Shown here one piece after another: positions 59,205 to 64,000 of a stretch of 64,000 nt of DNA (positions are counted from its first letter, which is position 1; every line of letters starts with the position of its first letter). The stretch spans positions 1-64,000 of the forward strand of contig JBEKYR010000017.1 of the NCBI GenBank assembly GCA_049510745.1, read 5' to 3'. This DNA is from Verrucomicrobiota bacterium. GTDB taxonomy: Bacteria; Verrucomicrobiota; Verrucomicrobiia; Limisphaerales; Palsa-1400. The notes below the pieces were generated by a model, which saw only the letters and a program-made list of their open reading frames with translations, was not told where the DNA came from and ran no database searches. The position numbers were made by a program, and so were the translations under genes.

Positions 59205-59629
59205 TTGCTTTCGCCTATCAGTTTGAGCAGGTCCGCAGGCTTGAGGACTTCGATGCCAAATTCTCTGGCCACACGGAGGTGCCGTTCATTGAAAGATACC
59301 ACAAAGTCACACCCTCCGGCAATAGCGGCTTCCAAAATCGCGTCATCGTCTGGATCGGATGACAAAGGACGCCACGAAAACCAGACCAACTGCCGGTGTG
59401 ACTGCTGATAAATCAGGTCCAGGATATTGCTGATGTCCTGCGGCAATAATCCGGGCGCGTTGCCGGGCCTCCGAGCCACGGCTTCGTACTCGTACATCAG
59501 CGCCGGCGTGACCACGCTCTCCCATCGAGAATGCCCAATGGTGAGCAACAGCCGGTGCGATGCTCCGGTTTGCGAGCGCATGGCGGCCAAAATCACATTG
59601 GTGTCCAAAATGACCCGGTAGCGTTTCAC
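59201..59629 (-). CDS. PIN domain toxin
   Basis: VILDTNVILAA...EYE...DPDDDAILEAA..G...VVSFN.RH. Confidence 0.9.
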   Translation of the reverse strand: MKRYRVILDTNVILAAMRSQTGASHRLLLTIGHSRWESVVTPALMYEYEAVARRPGNAPGLLPQDISNILDLIYQQSHRQLVWFSWRPLSSDPDDDAILEAAIAGGCDFVVSFNERHLRVAREFGIEVLKPADLLKLIGESK

Positions 59630-59776
59630 GGGCAGTCAATACAGAGCTTGAAATCAGATTCTTTCTTTCCCGTATCCCGCCGTCAACCCATCTTTTCCGC
59701 ACGCAAAGACCTTCTCGGCAGAACTCGGGTGAACTCTGCTTCCAAGACCAAACTCCATTGCGTGGAGGCGGATTTG

Positions 59777-60721
59777 ATGGTTGAGTTTCCGGTGGTGCAA
59801 ACGAAAGCAAATAACGGCGCGATTGCGGCGGGGTTGGTGTTCGCGGTGTTTCTTTGGGGCGCCAATAACACCGCAGTCAAATACTTGGTGAGGTTCTGGC
59901 CGCCGATTGCCATCGGGAGCACGCGGTTTCTGGCCGCGGGGCTGGTTCTGCTGGCGCTGTTGCGCTGGACCAAACTCTTTGGCGGGCGGAGCGCGCTCTC
60001 GGCGGAGTTGAAAAAAATGCTCTGGTGGCGGGGCGGATTGAGCCTGGCGGTCTATATCGTGGTGTTCAATTGGGCGCTCAAATTGACCTCGCTCTCGCAC
60101 GTAGCCCTTTACCTGGGCGCGGCGCCGGTTTGGGCGCTGCTCTGGGAGGGGCCGCCGGAACGAAACTGGCGCTCGGCGCAACGTTACGGGGCGGCGGCGC
60201 TGGCTTTGGGCGGCGTCCTGGTGCTGTTTTTGCCCACCTTGCGGCAGGCCGGCGGCTCGTTGCCGGGCGAAATCCTCGGCCTGGCCTGCGGCGTCCTGTG
60301 GACCAATTTCGGCGTGCAATGCCGTTCCTTGGGGCGCGATCTTTCCGGCGCCGAGATTTCCGCGCACACCTTTTGGCGGGCGGGCCTGCTGCTCGCCCCG
60401 CTGGCCCTGATCGAGGTCTCCACCGCCGCCAGCATCCCGTGGCGCCTGGACCTGGTTGGGGCGCAGCTTTTTTGCGTGCTGGGCGGCGGCGTGGTGGCCT
60501 TCGCCTTGTGGAACGGCGCGTTGCGCCACTGGAAAACGAGTCAAGTCTATCTTTTCAACAACCTCATCCCGCTCAGCAACATGGCCTGGGCCAACGTCTG
60601 CCTGGGGGAGCCGGTGACGAGCACCTTCTGGGTGGCGATGGCCTTGATCGCGGCGGGCGTGGCGCTCGGCCAGGCAAACTGGCAAAAGATCTTTGGCGCG
60701 CTCTGGCCGCCCTATGATTAA
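59777..60721 (+). CDS. DMT/EamA family transporter
   Basis: About 10 TM segments, FLWG.N, RF..AG; start at 59777 or 59795. Confidence 0.88.
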   Translation: MVEFPVVQTKANNGAIAAGLVFAVFLWGANNTAVKYLVRFWPPIAIGSTRFLAAGLVLLALLRWTKLFGGRSALSAELKKMLWWRGGLSLAVYIVVFNWALKLTSLSHVALYLGAAPVWALLWEGPPERNWRSAQRYGAAALALGGVLVLFLPTLRQAGGSLPGEILGLACGVLWTNFGVQCRSLGRDLSGAEISAHTFWRAGLLLAPLALIEVSTAASIPWRLDLVGAQLFCVLGGGVVAFALWNGALRHWKTSQVYLFNNLIPLSNMAWANVCLGEPVTSTFWVAMALIAAGVALGQANWQKIFGALWPPYD

Positions 60722-60730
60722 ATTCCGAGT

Positions 60731-63700
60731 ATGAGCACTGGCAATGACGTTCGCGTCTGGACCGGGGAACTCCTCCTCCCCACCTACCGGCCCGAGGCGC
60801 CGGACCGGAACCCGATGTTTCTGGAGAAGCGCGTCTATCAGGGCAGCAGCGGCAAGGTCTATCCGCTCCCCTTCACCGACCGCATCGCCGGGGAGAAATC
60901 CGACCGCGCCTGGAAAGCCGTCTGGTTGGAAAACCAATATCTGCGCGTGCTGATCCTGCCCGAAATCGGCGGACGCATTTATTCGATCCAGGACAAACTC
61001 AGCGGCGCCGATCTCATTTACAACCAGCCGGTCATTAAACCGGCCCTGGTCGGGCTGGCCGGTCCGTGGGCCTCCGGCGGCATCGAGTTCAACTGGCCGC
61101 AACACCATCGCCCCGCCACCTTTCTGCCCGTCGATGTGCGCATCGAGGAAAGCCCCGACGGCTCGAAGACCGTCTGGTGCGGCGACCACGATCCGATGGC
61201 GCGGATGAAAGGCATGCACGGCGTTTGCCTGCATCCGGGCCGGGCGCTGCTGGAATTGCGCGTCCGCGCCTACAACCGCACGCCGTTGGCGCAAACCTTT
61301 CTCTGGTGGGCCAACGCCGCCATTCGCGTCCATGAAGCCTATCAAAGTTTTTTCCCGCCGGATGTCTTTTACGTGGCCGACCACGCCCGGCGCGCGATCA
61401 GCCAATACCCGCTGTGCCGGGGCCGTTATTACGGGGTGGATTACGCGGCGCGCGGGCGCCAGGGCGTGCCCGCGGAGGAGCGGCCCTGGCAATTCATCCC
61501 GCCGCATTGCCTGGACGGCGCGTCCGCCCGCCCCGCCCGCTCGCGCGTGACCGCGTCCCTGCCGCGTTACGCGCCCAATGACTTGTCCTTTTACGCCAAC
61601 ATCCCCACGCCCTGCTCCTATATGTGCATGGGGTCGAAGGAGGATTTCTGCGGCGGCTACGATTATTTCAGCGAAGTCGGCCTGATCCACCTGGCCAACC
61701 ACCACATCGCGCCCGGCAAGAAGCAATGGACGTGGGGCAATCACCCGTTCGGCTACAGTTGGGACCGCAACTTGACCGACCCTGACGCGCAGGGCGAATA
61801 CGGCCCCTACATCGAATTGATGGCCGGCGTCTATACCGACAACCAGCCTGATTTCAGTTTCCTGCAACCCGGCGAAACCAAAGCCTGGAGCCAGTTCTGG
61901 TATCCAATCCGCAAAATCGGTCCCGCCCAACACGCCAACCTCGAAGCCGCCGTCAGCCTGGCGTTGGAACCGCGCCGCTTTCGCCTCGGCATCAGCGTGA
62001 CCCGCGAATTCCCCGGCGCCGCCATTCGGTTGGAACGTACGGGAAACCGCCAAACCGCAGCCGAGTGGAAGGCCGACCTTGCGCCCGGAAAACCGTTTCT
62101 CCTCGATTCCCCGCAAGCGCGCAAGCCCTGGCGCATCGGTCAAACGACCTTGCGCGTGTTGGACGGCGCCGGCCATGAAATCATTTCCTATTCGCCCCAA
62201 CCGCGCCGCCAGGGCGCGATTCCGCCGCCGGCGGACCAACCGCCGCCGCCGCGCGAAGTTCCCAGCGCCGACGAATTGTTCGTGACCGGCCTGCACCTGG
62301 AACAATACCGCCACGCCACCCGCGACCCGGCTGCCTACTGGCGCGAAGCCTTGCGGCGCGATCCGCTGGATTGCCGCTGCAACAACGCCCTGGGCCTCTG
62401 GCATCTCCGCCGCGGCGAATTCGAGCAGGCATGGCTGTGCTTCCAGCGTGCCATCGAACGGTTGACGCGGCGCAATCCCAACCCCTATGACGGCGAGCCG
62501 TATTACAATTTAGGATTGACTCTGGTTTGGCTGGACCGCGCCGACGAGGCGTACGCCGCCTTTTACAAGGCCGCCTGGAGCCAGGCCTGGACCGGCCCCG
62601 CGTATCATGCGCTGGCTGAACTGGACGGACGCCGCGGCGATTGGGCCGCCGCCCTGGATCATCTGGGCCGTTCGTTGCGCGCCGGGCCCGAGAACCTGCG
62701 CGCGCGCGATTTGCAAGCGGTGGCGCTGCGCCGACTCGGCCGCGCCGACGAGGCGGACCGCCTCTTGCGCGAAACCCTGGTCATCGACCCGCTGGATTGG
62801 CAGGCCCGGTGGCTCCTGGGCGAACCGCTCTCCTGCGACGCCCAAACGCGGCTCGATCTGGCGCACGATTTGGCCCGCGCCGGCCTTTACACCGAAGCCA
62901 TCTCGCTGCTCAAGGGGTTCCATTTCGCCGCGCGCGATCTGCCCGATCAATCCCTCGGCGCCGCTCCTCTGCTCGCGTACACCGTGGGCTGGTTGCACGG
63001 CAAAACTGGCAACGATGCCGAGGCCCTCGCCTGCTATAAACGGGCCGCCGCCGCCCCGCCCGCCTATTGCTTCCCGGCGCGCCTGGAAGAAATCGCGGTC
63101 CTGACCGCAGCCATGGCGGCCAACCCGCGCGACGCGCGCGCCCCGTATTACCTGGGCAACCTTTTCTACGACCGCCGCCGTCATAAAGAGGCGATTCGAC
63201 TTTGGGAAAAGAGCGCGAGACTTGACCCCTCGTTTTCCGTCGTCTGGCGCAATCTCGGCATCGCGTACTTCAACGTGTCCAAAAATCCGGGCCGCTCGCG
63301 CCGGGCTTATGACAAGGCGCTTGCCGCCAATCCAGACGACGCCCGGCTCCTCTTTGAGCGGGACCAATTGTGCAAGCGCCTGGGGGACCCGCCCGCAAAA
63401 CGGCTGGCCGAGTTGGAAAAATATCCACGCCTGGTGCGGCGGCGCGACGATCTCTGCCTCGAACTATGCGCGCTTTACAATCAAACCGGCCGGCACGAAA
63501 AAGCTTGCGAAATCCTGGCGGCGCGAAAATTCCAGCCGTGGGAAGGCGGCGAGGGATTGGCTCTCGGCCAGCATGTCCGCACCCGTCTGGCCCTCGGACG
63601 GACGGCCCTGGCCGCCGGCGACGCCGCCCGCGCCGCCAGCCACTTCCACCTCGCGCTGCAATCGCCCGAGAACCTCGGCGAAGCCCGCCATTTGCTGGCC

Positions 63701-64000
63701 AACCAGAGCGATGCTCATTACTGGCTCGGCTCGGCCCTCGCCGCCGCCGGCGAGAAGGCGCGCGCGCGCGAACACTGGCGCGCCGCCGCCGATTTTCGCG
63801 GCGATTTCCAGGAAATGAGCTGCCGCTCCTTCTCCGAGATGACCTATTACTCCGCCCTGGCCTGGCGGCGTTTGGGCCGGAAAGCCAGGGCCGCAAAGCT
63901 TTTCCGCGATCTGCTCGCTTACGCCCGCCGGCTCCGGCGCGCCCCCGCCGCCATCGACTATTTCGCCACCTCGCTGCCGGCGATGCTGCTCTTCGAGGAC
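60731..64000 (+). CDS. DUF5107 + TPR protein, truncated by the window end
   Basis: MSTGNDVRVW...PTY...NPMFLEKRVYQGSSGKVYP...LPEIGGRI...GGIEFNWPQHHRP. The same frame reads DYFATSLPAMLLFED at the window end. Absent from the ORF track because there is no stop codon. Confidence 0.88.
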   Translation, partial: MSTGNDVRVWTGELLLPTYRPEAPDRNPMFLEKRVYQGSSGKVYPLPFTDRIAGEKSDRAWKAVWLENQYLRVLILPEIGGRIYSIQDKLSGADLIYNQPVIKPALVGLAGPWASGGIEFNWPQHHRPATFLPVDVRIEESPDGSKTVWCGDHDPMARMKGMHGVCLHPGRALLELRVRAYNRTPLAQTFLWWANAAIRVHEAYQSFFPPDVFYVADHARRAISQYPLCRGRYYGVDYAARGRQGVPAEERPWQFIPPHCLDGASARPARSRVTASLPRYAPNDLSFYANIPTPCSYMCMGSKEDFCGGYDYFSEVGLIHLANHHIAPGKKQWTWGNHPFGYSWDRNLTDPDAQGEYGPYIELMAGVYTDNQPDFSFLQPGETKAWSQFWYPIRKIGPAQHANLEAAVSLALEPRRFRLGISVTREFPGAAIRLERTGNRQTAAEWKADLAPGKPFLLDSPQARKPWRIGQTTLRVLDGAGHEIISYSPQPRRQGAIPPPADQPPPPREVPSADELFVTGLHLEQYRHATRDPAAYWREALRRDPLDCRCNNALGLWHLRRGEFEQAWLCFQRAIERLTRRNPNPYDGEPYYNLGLTLVWLDRADEAYAAFYKAAWSQAWTGPAYHALAELDGRRGDWAAALDHLGRSLRAGPENLRARDLQAVALRRLGRADEADRLLRETLVIDPLDWQARWLLGEPLSCDAQTRLDLAHDLARAGLYTEAISLLKGFHFAARDLPDQSLGAAPLLAYTVGWLHGKTGNDAEALACYKRAAAAPPAYCFPARLEEIAVLTAAMAANPRDARAPYYLGNLFYDRRRHKEAIRLWEKSARLDPSFSVVWRNLGIAYFNVSKNPGRSRRAYDKALAANPDDARLLFERDQLCKRLGDPPAKRLAELEKYPRLVRRRDDLCLELCALYNQTGRHEKACEILAARKFQPWEGGEGLALGQHVRTRLALGRTALAAGDAARAASHFHLALQSPENLGEARHLLANQSDAHYWLGSALAAAGEKARAREHWRAAADFRGDFQEMSCRSFSEMTYYSALAWRRLGRKARAAKLFRDLLAYARRLRRAPAAIDYFATSLPAMLLFED

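Noticed and set aside
56003..62404. Long antisense ORFs (743 aa and 916 aa; similar ones at 6644, 14718, 42405 and 54065)
   Set aside because: They mirror well-supported genes on the other strand, as expected in high-GC DNA, and show no recognisable motifs.

Overview
GC-rich bacterial chromosomal segment. Gene content (stand-alone SWIB protein, kinase-linked ECF sigma factor, many sigma54 regulators, DUF5107-TPR protein) suggests Verrucomicrobiota/PVC; this is inference. Housekeeping genes (tRNA-Ser, tRNA-Gly, hemW, pap, pyrC, glmM, FKBP PPIase, Ski2-like helicase) alternate with accessory patches. Main points: (1) a 4.2 kb islet with no integrase at tRNA-Gly(TCC), bounded by an exact 33-bp att repeat. 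It carries only a 1051-aa N6-adenine methyltransferase coupled to a 225-aa PD-(D/E)xK-like protein and is a candidate two-gene defence system. (2) A sigma54-driven operon for an Ehr (hydrogenase-like, NiFe-less) membrane complex. It has three antiporter-like subunits, is led by a short CdsZ/FlgZ-like zinc ribbon and a PTS-IIA protein, and lies next to a sensor-less histidine kinase. (3) An unannotated candidate sigma54-dependent sRNA of about 80 nt next to tRNA-Ser. (4) Back-to-back sigma28-type promoters at an orphan HDOD / TPR / FlgN-like / sigma54-activator module. (5) attC-like gene-cassette remnants without an integron integrase. (6) The edge of an island at tRNA-Ser with a HEPN protein and a frameshifted serine protease. 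No CRISPR array or rRNA was seen. All family calls come from motif recognition, not database searches.
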